Shown in pieces: positions 45,884 through 56,142 of a stretch of DNA of 64,000 nucleotides. The notes below the pieces were generated by a model, which was not told the DNA's origin, searched no databases, and saw only the letters and a list, made by a program, of their open reading frames with translations. Source of the DNA: a virus; the IMG/VR virus record IMGVR_UViG_3300027861_000018, positions 1 to 64,000 of that record; one strand, 5' to 3'. A program made the translations under genes and the position numbers. Every line of letters starts with the position of its first letter. Within the stretch, counting starts at the first letter, position 1.

Positions 45884-47607
45884 TACAATTTCTCCACAAG
45901 GATGCGCATATCGTCAACATACCAGCCTTCATCAGAGCCGGAATGCGATACCAATGGATTGAACTGGAAGCGGATGTTCAGGGTGGCTTCTGCTGCGGCC
46001 CAGGTCGTAATATCCAAGCGCTTGCGCTCCCATCCAGTTGATGGGGCTGAGCCAACAGTTTCAGCCTTGGTGTAAGTCTTCAGCGCTGTACTACCAGACA
46101 AGATGATCACAAAAGCATCATCCTCGCCGCCGGCATAGCTGATCGCAGTGTATTGCCACCATTCCAACCATATCCGGTGATCCGTGGCATTGTAAGCAGA
46201 GAGGTCCAGCGTGCTGCCGGTGGTCGCGTTGTTGTTCGCCACCGCAATGTCGTGGTCACCAGCCGTGCCCCAGGTGTGATAGCCTGACTCCCCCTGTCCG
46301 CAATACGCGGCTTCCGAACTGGACCTGTATCTGAAGCTAGTCACATGCCAATCGGCCGTGACCGTCCAGTTGTTCCAATCAGTCCACAGCGCCGGAGTCA
46401 CGTCTGCCCAGATGGGGATTGAGGTGCCGGGCTCGGCGTCCCGCGTTGCGTCCCCCGCCTCTATTGTATCGCAGTAAAGCGGGTGGCCAAACATGATTAC
46501 GTTATCCACGCTCATGACGGCCGTGGTGGCAGCATAGCCGATGGCGCCCAAGACCAATGCTGCCGTCTCTGCGACAGTCATCAGATAATCGACCTCTTCG
46601 ACTCCATCCACCAACACCTTGATGCGCTTCTGAATTGAATTCTCATCCAGGATGTGGATGACTATGCCCACCGGGTCAGCAATCGGGATTGCGGTGACGC
46701 CAGTATCCAAGTTGGATGAAACGGAGCTAACTGTCTGGTCCAAAGACCAAGTTGTGGTGCTGAGCGTGAAGGCCAAGCAATCAGCTGGCGCTGATGCGCC
46801 ATCCCACATGAAATAGATGGTACAGGCTGTGAGCGATGTGAAGGTGAAGCTGCTCACCAAAGTAAATGTAGCGAGCGCATCGAGCCCAATCACATTGGCC
46901 TCAATCACGGCCCCTGTCGGCACCAGCATCTTGAAATTAGTGTCATCCCACGTAGGCTCTGTGCCTGACACCAAGCTCCACTTGGTGACATCAAGCTGGA
47001 AGTCATCCACAAGGTCAGCATAGCAAACTTGGATTGCCTCTCCCATCGGACGGTTGAGCTGGACGATGTCGTGAATCAACTCTCTGTCTGTGCCATCTTC
47101 ATCCATGATCCAGCAGATGGACAGGTGCTCGTCCCGATCACCATAGGTTTGGCCGACAAGCCATGGGTCAATCCCTCCAATCCCCTTGTACCAGAAGCCG
47201 CTTTGATCTGTCTCGATTCGCATATAAAACCAAGACCAATACACCACATCGCGACCGGTGAACAGACGCACGGCATTCTTGATTCCAGTCGGCGTCCCCT
47301 TCTGCTTCCACAGCTGCGCTGAAAGACGAAGCACCTTGCGCTTCTGCGCCTCGGTAAGGTCGGCAACAATGTGCTTCACGGGCGTGGACCATCCCACAGC
47401 CCACAGCAGATAATCCAAGGCCCAAGCTGGGCAGGTGTCGAGGTCGAACAGCTGGAGCAGAGACCCTTGATCACTCTGCGTCTGTTCGAATGCCTCCTGA
47501 ACGCCGCCCACATAGCCTTCCAGGATGCCACTGTCATCGGCATCGCGCAATGGCTTGATCAGGAAACGATATACATCGTGCGGGAAGTCAGGATCAATGG
47601 TCGACAT
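45883..47607 (-). CDS. baseplate/tail protein (P2 gpI-like N-terminus plus beta-sandwich domains)
   Basis: DLDTCP.WALDYLLWAVGW...LWKQKGT..GIK..V; C-terminal GWYVDD. Confidence 0.8.
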   Translation of the reverse strand: MSTIDPDFPHDVYRFLIKPLRDADDSGILEGYVGGVQEAFEQTQSDQGSLLQLFDLDTCPAWALDYLLWAVGWSTPVKHIVADLTEAQKRKVLRLSAQLWKQKGTPTGIKNAVRLFTGRDVVYWSWFYMRIETDQSGFWYKGIGGIDPWLVGQTYGDRDEHLSICWIMDEDGTDRELIHDIVQLNRPMGEAIQVCYADLVDDFQLDVTKWSLVSGTEPTWDDTNFKMLVPTGAVIEANVIGLDALATFTLVSSFTFTSLTACTIYFMWDGASAPADCLAFTLSTTTWSLDQTVSSVSSNLDTGVTAIPIADPVGIVIHILDENSIQKRIKVLVDGVEEVDYLMTVAETAALVLGAIGYAATTAVMSVDNVIMFGHPLYCDTIEAGDATRDAEPGTSIPIWADVTPALWTDWNNWTVTADWHVTSFRYRSSSEAAYCGQGESGYHTWGTAGDHDIAVANNNATTGSTLDLSAYNATDHRIWLEWWQYTAISYAGGEDDAFVIILSGSTALKTYTKAETVGSAPSTGWERKRLDITTWAAAEATLNIRFQFNPLVSHSGSDEGWYVDDMRILVEKL

Positions 47608-49760
47608 CAGGTCACCGTGATTGTGAGCGTGCCCTTGGACGGCAAGCCATCCGCTGGGACAGCCGTTGGCGCAGCGGGTAGCGTCATCGTCACTGAAGTG
47701 ATATCGCTGGAAGTGTTGTAGATGGCAGCCAGCACCTTGCCGTCAGGGACATCTTGACCATAGTCCCACGTGTAAGTCAGATCATCATCATCCAGCGCGA
47801 GCGGGTTGAGTAAGCCGGTCAGTGCTGTCTCAATCGACTCCTGATTACCTCCCGCAACTGTGGCAGTGACAGCGACGGGGACCAAGGTGGCGTTGCGCAC
47901 ATAGACCAGCTGATTGGCAACCATCACGCCGGATGTGCCTTTGCCCGCATCCCCGTTGAAGTATTCTTCCAGCTCCAGGCGATGGGCGCTTGTGACGGCG
48001 CCACCATCTGGTCCGATGACGTACAGCGTGACCGTCTTGGCGCCATATGCCCCCTCTATTGCCTTAGCGCGTTTGAATGGAAAGACGCCGCTGGCTGCCG
48101 CAAACTGCGTTGCCAGGAACTCTGCATCCTCTGGCGCTACTGCGCGCGACATAGCGCGAAGGTCTGCTGGCCCCTCCAGCTTGACCAATTCCAAGTCTGC
48201 TGCCACAGAGCCGCGCTTGGCGACCCAGCCAGAAGTTGGCGCCGGGTTGAACACCTTCCGCACAAAAGCCAACCCGCCTCTGATGCGGCTAACCATGGAG
48301 GCTCCAACATTCCCATCCGTATTTGCGTCCGTGCGATACACGGCGGCAATGGTTGAGGATGTCGGCGGGATGGCGCCGTTGATGCCGTCCCCGAAAGTGA
48401 CTGTGGCAACCCCGTCACTGTCTATCGCAGTTCTGTAATGCTTGTCGATGGAATTGCTGTTGAGGAAGTTGGTGACCTCTGCCCAGGACAAAGTTGCTAC
48501 GGTGATTGCGATAGTGCCATCAATGACGTCATCATTGCCCAAGGTGAAGGCCTGAGACTGCGACCCGTCACTGACGCCCAAGCTGGCCGTGGTGCGCGTG
48601 CGGCCCTGCGTGACAGCCACCTCCGCATAGAGATTGCCCTGATCCCACTCGATGATGTCGAAGTTTGGCGGCGTTGGGGATGACACGCTGTACACATAGA
48701 AGCGGATGAAGTAGCCGGTGAATCCATTGAGGGCAACCTTGTCCCAATCCAGAGCCGCTGTCTTTGGCAAAGTCCAGCTGAGGTCGCCATCGGCTGTGAG
48801 GTCAGTCGTCTCATCGTCAATGCCTGGCGCATCGTACCAATGAGACCCTACTGTGTAATCTGTGACCGTGGTTGACGGCGTTGTCTGACCCAAGAATCCG
48901 GTTGTGAGGACGTAGTTGTTGACCCCATCCCAGACAATCGCCACCTCTTCGCTGGCGCCTGTCGGATTGTACTCCACCGTCACGAGCCTGCCAGCCCTGG
49001 AGGCATTCGGGCTCAAGCCCAACAAGGTATCCACCACGACCTTGAGCTGCGTCCCTGCTGTGGCTACGCTGTCCGGCTGATCATCATCCACATCAGTCTT
49101 GTACACTTCCCAGACGCCCGTCACGCCTGCCATGGCTGTCTGCAGGTCTGTGAGCTTGATCTTGTTGGACATGACGCTAGAATGGCCCAAGGCCAAATAG
49201 TCACCTGCCGCAGGAACGGCAGGCAACCCATCCCAGTAACTTGTGGATGTGTAGCTCGCCACAGTGTTGTCCGCAAATGAAGCGCCATCTGCGTCATACA
49301 CATACACCGCGCCAAACCGGTCCGTGCGGTCCACATCAACAGCAGCATCACCCTCAAACAACACTGGCGCCAAATCAGATGTGCGCTTGGTGCTGAACAG
49401 CGAATTGTCTTGCGCAATGGTCGTGGTTGAAGTGAAACTCTTGGTCAGTTGCAAGACCACAGAGCCCTTGGCCGGGATGTCGCCTGCGACCGTGTAGCCA
49501 ATGAGCTTCATGTGCGCCACCAGCGAGTCGCGCAGCTGGGCCGTTGGCATCAAAGTCTCGTGAGCAACAATGTCCAAATTCACATTGTTGTAATGCCCCA
49601 CAAGCGCAAATGCGCGCAGCAGTTGAATCGCAGGGTCTGCCGGATTCTCTGTACTAATCTCCGACACATTGGAGCGCAACCAAGCAACCAGCGCTTCCAA
49701 CAATTGCGGATAATAACCGCCTGTCGGATAGCTGAAGTCAGGAACCTGAATTGTAGCCAT
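47607..49760 (-). CDS. baseplate wedge protein (gpJ/gp6-like)
   Basis: E.LMPTAQLR.S...MKLIGY, VTFGDGINGAIP, RAVAPEDAE. Confidence 0.88.
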   Translation of the reverse strand: MATIQVPDFSYPTGGYYPQLLEALVAWLRSNVSEISTENPADPAIQLLRAFALVGHYNNVNLDIVAHETLMPTAQLRDSLVAHMKLIGYTVAGDIPAKGSVVLQLTKSFTSTTTIAQDNSLFSTKRTSDLAPVLFEGDAAVDVDRTDRFGAVYVYDADGASFADNTVASYTSTSYWDGLPAVPAAGDYLALGHSSVMSNKIKLTDLQTAMAGVTGVWEVYKTDVDDDQPDSVATAGTQLKVVVDTLLGLSPNASRAGRLVTVEYNPTGASEEVAIVWDGVNNYVLTTGFLGQTTPSTTVTDYTVGSHWYDAPGIDDETTDLTADGDLSWTLPKTAALDWDKVALNGFTGYFIRFYVYSVSSPTPPNFDIIEWDQGNLYAEVAVTQGRTRTTASLGVSDGSQSQAFTLGNDDVIDGTIAITVATLSWAEVTNFLNSNSIDKHYRTAIDSDGVATVTFGDGINGAIPPTSSTIAAVYRTDANTDGNVGASMVSRIRGGLAFVRKVFNPAPTSGWVAKRGSVAADLELVKLEGPADLRAMSRAVAPEDAEFLATQFAAASGVFPFKRAKAIEGAYGAKTVTLYVIGPDGGAVTSAHRLELEEYFNGDAGKGTSGVMVANQLVYVRNATLVPVAVTATVAGGNQESIETALTGLLNPLALDDDDLTYTWDYGQDVPDGKVLAAIYNTSSDITSVTMTLPAAPTAVPADGLPSKGTLTITVT

Positions 49761-49761
49761 C

Positions 49762-50163
49762 TCAGCCGTCTCCGCGCGCGATGGGGATATTGATGGCCAA
49801 CTCCTCGTTGGACTCAATGCTGATGAACACCACATTCATGGTGTCGACTCCTTCCTCTGTCTTGTCGAAGCTGATTGACTTCAGCGTCGCCAAATTTGTG
49901 CGCTCCAGATACAGCCTGAACATCCGTCTCATCTTGCGTCGCACTTGGCCCTTCCACGCCGGATCAGAGCTGATCTGAAACACTGCTTCCAAGCCGATGC
50001 CCAAATCTTGGAATGGATTGTCGCTATCGCAATCAGCAGCATATGTGCGCACATACTGAAGGATGAGCTCATCGCCATACAAAACCTTTGCACCACCTTC
50101 TCCGCTAGCGGCAAAGGGAAGTGCAAGGCCACTAGCTTCACCTGCTACATTGGCATTAGGCAT
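49762..50163 (-). CDS. baseplate wedge/sheath initiator (gp25/gpW-like)
   Basis: GLALPF start, size, and position between spike and gpJ. Confidence 0.65.
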   Translation of the reverse strand: MPNANVAGEASGLALPFAASGEGGAKVLYGDELILQYVRTYAADCDSDNPFQDLGIGLEAVFQISSDPAWKGQVRRKMRRMFRLYLERTNLATLKSISFDKTEEGVDTMNVVFISIESNEELAINIPIARGDG

Positions 50164-50169
50164 GTGCGA

Positions 50170-50481
50170 TCAATCCAGTGGGCACTTGAGCGTCGGCAGA
50201 GACGGCAGGCTGGGGATAGGTATAGCCGGAAGCCCAATGAGAGGTAAAGCCAAAGTGGGCAGAGTAATGTTGATGTCCACGTTCAGTGTTGGAAGACTCG
50301 GCAGTGACGGGATGGGAATAGCTGGCAAGCCAATCGTCGGTAGCGCCAAGGTGGGCAGGACAATGACAATGTCGAGGTTGATTGTTGGCAGAGAGGGCAG
50401 TGCCGGGATGGGTATGGTTGGCAAGCCAATCGTCGGTAGCGCCAAGGTGGGCAGCGGTGGAAGGGCGCAGCGACTCCCCAT
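50170..50481 (-). CDS. Pro/Leu-rich protein made of three 32-aa repeats
   Basis: LPTLALPxIGLPxIPIPxLPSLPT x3 with a 96-nt period; TGATG coupling. Confidence 0.7.
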   Translation of the reverse strand: MGSRCALPPLPTLALPTIGLPTIPIPALPSLPTINLDIVIVLPTLALPTIGLPAIPIPSLPSLPTLNVDINITLPTLALPLIGLPAIPIPSLPSLPTLKCPLD

Positions 50482-50717
50482 CAGGCCACGCCTGTGATGA
50501 TCCCGTCCGCGACTGTCACAGTATCCCCGTCGCCGTTGACGAAAGTCCCAGTCCAACCCGCTGGCGCAAACTCCTCGACGTGCACCTCAAGGGCATTGGC
50601 CACCGCCGTGAACAGCCCATCCTTGATTGCATCAGAGAGATCATCGTAATCAGTCCCGACAATGCTGGACATCTGGGAATCAAATTCATCCCGCAAAGTG
50701 TCGCTCATGGCTCCCAT
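50481..50717 (-). CDS. small hypothetical baseplate-module protein
   Basis: Acidic; packed between the spike and repeat genes. Confidence 0.6.
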   Translation of the reverse strand: MGAMSDTLRDEFDSQMSSIVGTDYDDLSDAIKDGLFTAVANALEVHVEEFAPAGWTGTFVNGDGDTVTVADGIITGVA

Positions 50718-50724
50718 GCTGACC

Positions 50725-51651
50725 TCACTCTGCTGACAGGAGCAAAGAGCTGAATGATCCGGCTTGAAGTGCTGGCACGACTACGCCGGTGGTGGTTGAC
50801 GCCACGAGACCGAGGCCGGCAATCAGGCCGGCAATCTCTGTGAGGCTGCTAGCAATCGTTGCCTGAAATCCCAGCGCACCTTCGACAATCGCTGCGGTGG
50901 CCGTTAATGACGTCTGCTCCACCTTGAACTCGCCCACTTCAGCCAACACATTGGTTGCATTCAAGAGCAAGGTGCCAGTCAGCACAGACATCTCGCCGTC
51001 GCCAGCAGATATGATGTCAGAATCCTCTGTGCCCATGAACCAGCCGTCACTGTTGAACACGAGGATATTCTGATTGCCGTCAAGGATTGTGATGGTCCCA
51101 TTTGTCGAATCTAACTGGATAAGGTTGGATGATGCGCCAGCGCTGGCGAGATATACCCCATCAGGGTCCATGGACAGGAAGTTGGTCTTGCCCTCCCCGT
51201 GAGCCATTGACAGCTCCAGCTTCTCCATCTTGGCTGTGTCATCCCACATCAATACGTGGCCGCGCGCAGTCGTGACACCTCTGCGCGCAGGATAATTGGT
51301 CTGGAACAGTTCTGGCACCACATCAGAGCCGCGGCTGCTTGCGCACGCTTGCCATCGGATGTTTGGAGCAGCCATGGCGCTGAAGCCGCCTCGCTCATCG
51401 TTTGGACTGCTCACGATGATGCGCAGCTCAACCACCACCCCGATGTCAGGGATAAACAACCACCCTCCGTCGCTGGTCTCGTTGTCGCTGCTGGACAAGA
51501 ATGGGTACAGCGGCTCCACCCATTGAGGCAGCTCGCCTTCTACCGGCACCAGCGTGCCGCACTGGACCTTCAGCCTGCCTCGCTTCTCTTCATCCAAATT
51601 GTCGGTGACAATTCCGTAATGGATTTCAATGCGATGACCTTGCGTGCTCAT
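50725..51651 (-). CDS. baseplate spike (gpV/gp5/VgrG OB-fold)
   Basis: YGIVTDNLDEEKRGRLKV...WVEP...GWLFIPDIG..V; beta-repeat C-terminus. Confidence 0.88.
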   Translation of the reverse strand: MSTQGHRIEIHYGIVTDNLDEEKRGRLKVQCGTLVPVEGELPQWVEPLYPFLSSSDNETSDGGWLFIPDIGVVVELRIIVSSPNDERGGFSAMAAPNIRWQACASSRGSDVVPELFQTNYPARRGVTTARGHVLMWDDTAKMEKLELSMAHGEGKTNFLSMDPDGVYLASAGASSNLIQLDSTNGTITILDGNQNILVFNSDGWFMGTEDSDIISAGDGEMSVLTGTLLLNATNVLAEVGEFKVEQTSLTATAAIVEGALGFQATIASSLTEIAGLIAGLGLVASTTTGVVVPALQAGSFSSLLLSAE

Positions 51652-52793
51652 TCCACAACCTTGTTGCCAAACCACTCAGTGGTGAACCCGCTGCTTGCAT
51701 CATAGACGTGCTTCACAGTTGAGAATTGATAGTCTCCAGACAACTGCGTGCCGACGCCTGCGACTGTGTGCACCTCGCCCGCCTTCAGCACCTCCAGGCC
51801 AACGCACTTGCCGCGAGCCGTGATGAATTGATCCTTGCGCGCTCTGAAGAATCGCTCAGCATACAGCTGGGCATCTTCTGCCGTGTCGAAGTGCACGCCG
51901 GGCACTACCTCGACGCTGACGCCGCTGGCGGCCAATCTGAAGCTAGTGGAACTGAGAATCTCATCCTCCAGCTCGCCCGAGCCTGTGAACTTGATGGACT
52001 CTCCATCCTTGGATTCCTCTAGCTCCACTGCCTCCCATGTCCTTGTATCCTGATCGAAATACAGGACGCTGACCTTGGTGGGTTGGCCTGTGATTGCCAT
52101 CGATGCACTAAAAGACAGGAGGGTGTTGGAGACTCCATCGGCTGCGTAAGTGAATGTGTACTGCTTGTCTTGTGCAAAGATGTCGGGACCCCAGTGCAGC
52201 TCCCACTCATTGAGGTCATCGCTCCAGCGCACCTTCGCATCATAGTTGTGCAAGCGGGCAAGGCCTGACACCAACTCCCAGTCGCTCATCCCGCGCTTCT
52301 TGGTGGTATTCTTTTCCACATCTGTGGGCTCAATCTCGGTGATGAAGGCATAGCTGTTTGCTACAGCTAGGGCCACGTCACTATGGGCTGTGTCTTCCCA
52401 CACCTTGCCCTCACGCGAGTCCTCGCCATCCATCATGAGCACGCTGCCATCATACGCCTGAATGGTAAGCATGGGCGCGCCATTCTCAGGGAAGCTAGGC
52501 AGGAACTTCTGGATGACCCCGGCGCCTACCAGGACCTCATCTGCTGAATATCCCAGATACACCTTGATCGTGTTGCCTGGTTGGAACACCTTGGTATCTG
52601 TGAACGCAAACTTGCCCGTGAGCCCCCCTTTCAAGGAGTCTATCTGCGGGTTGAGGACTGTGAGCGTGATCTTGTCAGCCATCTCCTGAGTCAGTTCCAC
52701 GGTGCATTTCTGGACGTAGTTGGTGACCTCAACATCCAGCTCGATGCCTTCCACCTCGATGCGGATTGACGGCGCTAGATGATCGAATGCCAT
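51648..52793 (-). CDS. baseplate hub (late control D / gp27-like)
   Basis: IKVYLGY, SDWELV..LAR, G...LKAG...VAGVG..LSGDY....VKH. Confidence 0.85.
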   Translation of the reverse strand: MAFDHLAPSIRIEVEGIELDVEVTNYVQKCTVELTQEMADKITLTVLNPQIDSLKGGLTGKFAFTDTKVFQPGNTIKVYLGYSADEVLVGAGVIQKFLPSFPENGAPMLTIQAYDGSVLMMDGEDSREGKVWEDTAHSDVALAVANSYAFITEIEPTDVEKNTTKKRGMSDWELVSGLARLHNYDAKVRWSDDLNEWELHWGPDIFAQDKQYTFTYAADGVSNTLLSFSASMAITGQPTKVSVLYFDQDTRTWEAVELEESKDGESIKFTGSGELEDEILSSTSFRLAASGVSVEVVPGVHFDTAEDAQLYAERFFRARKDQFITARGKCVGLEVLKAGEVHTVAGVGTQLSGDYQFSTVKHVYDASSGFTTEWFGNKVVE

Positions 52794-53611
52794 CAGATAT
52801 CGCCATTGACGATGTGGCTTCGATAACTCACGCTGCGCTTGTCCAGGACCGCATCAAACAAGGCTGTTTGGGCGGTGCGTCGGCGCAGGGCGAGTGATTG
52901 GCGCTTGAGCACAAGCTCGCGACGCGCTTTGGCCTTGGGGATGATGTGAATACGCTCCCCTTGCGGGATGCCATCTATCTCTAAGTCAGGATTGCGTCGA
53001 CGTATGACCTCACCCAGCTTAGCGTCCCCATACAGACGTTGGGCGATGACTTCGAATGTATCACCTTGCTTGGCGTATATGACCAATGACTCGCTGGCGC
53101 CGACTAGGGCGCCGACATCATACTCCACATACCTGGCCATTCTGATGCGGAATAGGACGCCGCGCAGACTGGAGGGTTTGGAGCCGAATAGATATTCAGG
53201 GCGGGCGTGATCATATCGAATCCCGCCGACGGACTGGATCACCACATCTTGTTGGAACTCTTCGGACCAAGTGAATGTATATACGTGAGGACGCCCCAGC
53301 GCCTCATCTGCGCGCGGCAGCTCTCTGATCGTATCCACCAAGTCCTTGATGTTATCAGAGTTCAAGCCAGTGCCGAGCACGCCGTTGTGCTTGGCAAACA
53401 CCTTGGCATCAAATGTGATGACATCCAGGTTGCCCCGCATGAATTGCAGAACCGGTTGCTGAAGCCCTAGCGTGCTCGTCTCTGCCCAGACCCCGCTCAC
53501 ATTCTCGACAAGGTTGCTTGGTCTATATTGACCCTCCACCGTCGTGCCGGGGGCATCGAGGCTCGACAAGGTCCAAATGACCTCTTTCGCGAACAGGTCG
53601 CTGGTTCCCAT
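52793..53611 (-). CDS. tail tube initiator with LysM domain
   Basis: P.LQF..G; KQGDTFEVIAQRLYGD...IRRRNP. Confidence 0.8.
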   Translation of the reverse strand: MGTSDLFAKEVIWTLSSLDAPGTTVEGQYRPSNLVENVSGVWAETSTLGLQQPVLQFMRGNLDVITFDAKVFAKHNGVLGTGLNSDNIKDLVDTIRELPRADEALGRPHVYTFTWSEEFQQDVVIQSVGGIRYDHARPEYLFGSKPSSLRGVLFRIRMARYVEYDVGALVGASESLVIYAKQGDTFEVIAQRLYGDAKLGEVIRRRNPDLEIDGIPQGERIHIIPKAKARRELVLKRQSLALRRRTAQTALFDAVLDKRSVSYRSHIVNGDI

Positions 53612-53614
53612 GCC

Positions 53615-53704
53615 TCAGGCCTCCTGTCGGGGCGCACCCGCCTGCGCGAGCACATCGAAGCGCGCCTGAGAGGGGTGCGGGTGGATATCGGTGTGGGGGA
53701 TCAT
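53615..53704 (-). CDS. possible 29-aa small protein
   Basis: GGAGG 8 nt before ATG 53704; MIPHTDIHPHPSQARFDVLAQAGAPRQEA*. Confidence 0.35.
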   Translation of the reverse strand: MIPHTDIHPHPSQARFDVLAQAGAPRQEA

Positions 53705-53740
53705 CTGCGATGCCTCCTGCGTGGCGCTCTGCCACCGGTA

Positions 53741-56137
53741 TCAGTTGTGCAAGAGGGCTGAGCCGTGTTCGAGAATCTGGCGGCGCTGGTATGGCGTGCT
53801 CGTGGCGCCGGTGCGGTCTGCGATGTCCTGGTGATGACGACCTGTTGCGATGGCCATGACTGCGCCATCTACCTTCACTTCAGTCGTGATGTCAACTTGA
53901 TTCTTGTTCTCGGTGTTCACAGTCACATTGGAATCATGCGGGGTTGCGACTTCTGCACTGCCCTTCCCCATCAATTCCAAGAGCTGCCCTGAAAGGGTTG
54001 CCGCCTTGTCTTGAGGCTTCATCCACTCAGGCATGGGCGGCTCTGAAATGAAGGCTTGGGCTTCAGTGAGTGCCGCTGCCGTGTCGACCCCTAACAGACG
54101 CCAGATTGCCTGCGTGACGGGGTTGTTCATCAGCACCTTGAACATTTCCAAGATGCCGTTGATGGCAAGCCGCATATGAGCTGACATCATCAACCCAATT
54201 CCAAAGAAGATGCGCCCCAAGCTCGCGTGGAGCGTATTGGCACCATAGATCAAGTCCAAGAATCCGCCCGCTATGAGCCCCATTCCCGCAACCGCCGGCT
54301 TCATGAACTTGGACCAGATGACGACCCCGAACTTGATGAATAGCGCAGTGCCTCTCAAGACCCAGCCGGCAAGGATGGCGAGCATAGCTGCCAGAGTCCC
54401 CATGGTCTCGCCCACGCCCTTGAATGTGGCCGAAGTCTCCACGCCGCCACTGGTCAGAGTCTCCATGACGACTTCCCATGCCTCTTTGAGGGTGGCGAGC
54501 CCTGGAGCAAATGCTTGCTCAATCGCTGTCCAATTTGACATGAACGACTCTTTGGCCGCCTGCCACATCACAACCATCGCGCCATGAATGTCAGTCAGGA
54601 GCTGCGTGAAGGTGACGCCATTCGCGCTAGCCGCGAGGAACATGCCGCCAATCAAGAGCCCGATGATTTGCGCGATGCCGGCCACGGCAATCATGACCGG
54701 CAGCAGCGCTTCTCCCAAAACAAACCCAACAGCAGCAATGCCGGCAATTGCCAACGCAACCGGGGTGAGCACAACAGCCAAAGCAATCAAAGCAACCGTA
54801 ATGACGCCAGCCATCTTGGCCCAAGCAACGTCACCCTCGCCAAGCGACGAAATGATGGCCTCCATCTCGGTACGGAACATCCTCGTGCCGTCCGCAACCG
54901 CCGTGATGCCAATCATCAGGCCCATGCCAAATTCTGCGGCGGCACCCTCTCCCTTGCCCTCCATGCCAAGAGTAACAGCCTGCACAAAGTCAGTCATGTT
55001 CTTGGTAGCAGCTCTCAACTCGACATTGAGAGGCATCATCGCATCAATAGCAAAACCTTCCGTGGCGCTCGACAGAAGGGTCATCTGGCCTGTCAGGTTG
55101 TCAAGCCGCAACTCTGCCATCTTCTCCGCGCTGCCCTTGGCCTTCTTGAGCAGCTCCACAAGGTCACTCAGCTTCCCTGATGTCGCCATGTCCTTGAGGT
55201 TGGTCGCAGCTTTCTGCCCTCGCAAGCCAAACAGATCAACCAGCAATCCGGCGGCATCCATGTTGCCGCCACTCTCTGCTGCCGCAGAAGCAATTGCATC
55301 AAGCACCTGCGGGAATGGCAGCATATCGCCGTGCGCATCTTCAAACGCTACGCCAAGTGCGCCCAGACGCACCTTTGTCTTGTCAGTCAACGTTGTCATT
55401 TTGGACAACATCGTGTTCATCGATGACCCAGCAACTGACGCATCCAACCCCACATCTTGCAACAAGGCGACGCCCGCAACAGTCTCCTCCAGGGGAATGT
55501 TGAATTGGCGAGCCGTTGATGCGACGTTCTTCATCGACTCACCCAGCGAACCGATGGTGCTGTTGGTCCTGCTGGACGCCAAGGCCAGCACATCAGCCAC
55601 GCGCGTCGCTTCACTTGTCTCCAGGCCCATGCCCTTTAGAACGTTGGACACATTGTTGGCCGTCTCTGCCAGAGTATCCCCTGATGCCGCTGCTGCATTG
55701 AGCACTCCCTCGATGCCGCCACCCTTGCCGTTAGGACCGATGACATCAATCATATCGAAGCCAGAGCGCGACATAAGCTCCATGCCCTCACCAACTTGCG
55801 TGGCTGTGAAGACAGTCGATGACCCCAGCCTCCTGGCCACCTTCTCCATCTCGCTGATCTCACTACGAGGCTTCAGCAAGACAGCGCCCACTGCGCTCAT
55901 CTGTGCTTCGAAGGCCGCTGCCTTCTCGCCCATGCCGGCCAGGACAGTTGTGAGCATCGCGCCGGCAGCACCGACAGCACCCATCGCAAGTCCGACGCTG
56001 CCCAACTTTTGGGCAAGCATGCCCGAAGCTCGCGTGGTGGACTTGAAAGCCCCTCCCAACCTACGCAACTGGCCAATGGAGCTGCCGACGCTCACGCGGA
56101 TGGTGGCCCCGAGAGCCATCGCATTCATGAACGCCAT
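53741..56137 (-). CDS. tape measure protein (TP901-type core)
   Basis: FEAQMSAVGAV...LGSSTVFTATQV.EGM..M.R.G; LDNLTGQ...LSSA; hydrophobic C-terminal half. Confidence 0.92.
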   Translation of the reverse strand: MAFMNAMALGATIRVSVGSSIGQLRRLGGAFKSTTRASGMLAQKLGSVGLAMGAVGAAGAMLTTVLAGMGEKAAAFEAQMSAVGAVLLKPRSEISEMEKVARRLGSSTVFTATQVGEGMELMSRSGFDMIDVIGPNGKGGGIEGVLNAAAASGDTLAETANNVSNVLKGMGLETSEATRVADVLALASSRTNSTIGSLGESMKNVASTARQFNIPLEETVAGVALLQDVGLDASVAGSSMNTMLSKMTTLTDKTKVRLGALGVAFEDAHGDMLPFPQVLDAIASAAAESGGNMDAAGLLVDLFGLRGQKAATNLKDMATSGKLSDLVELLKKAKGSAEKMAELRLDNLTGQMTLLSSATEGFAIDAMMPLNVELRAATKNMTDFVQAVTLGMEGKGEGAAAEFGMGLMIGITAVADGTRMFRTEMEAIISSLGEGDVAWAKMAGVITVALIALAVVLTPVALAIAGIAAVGFVLGEALLPVMIAVAGIAQIIGLLIGGMFLAASANGVTFTQLLTDIHGAMVVMWQAAKESFMSNWTAIEQAFAPGLATLKEAWEVVMETLTSGGVETSATFKGVGETMGTLAAMLAILAGWVLRGTALFIKFGVVIWSKFMKPAVAGMGLIAGGFLDLIYGANTLHASLGRIFFGIGLMMSAHMRLAINGILEMFKVLMNNPVTQAIWRLLGVDTAAALTEAQAFISEPPMPEWMKPQDKAATLSGQLLELMGKGSAEVATPHDSNVTVNTENKNQVDITTEVKVDGAVMAIATGRHHQDIADRTGATSTPYQRRQILEHGSALLHN

Positions 56138-56142
56138 TTATC

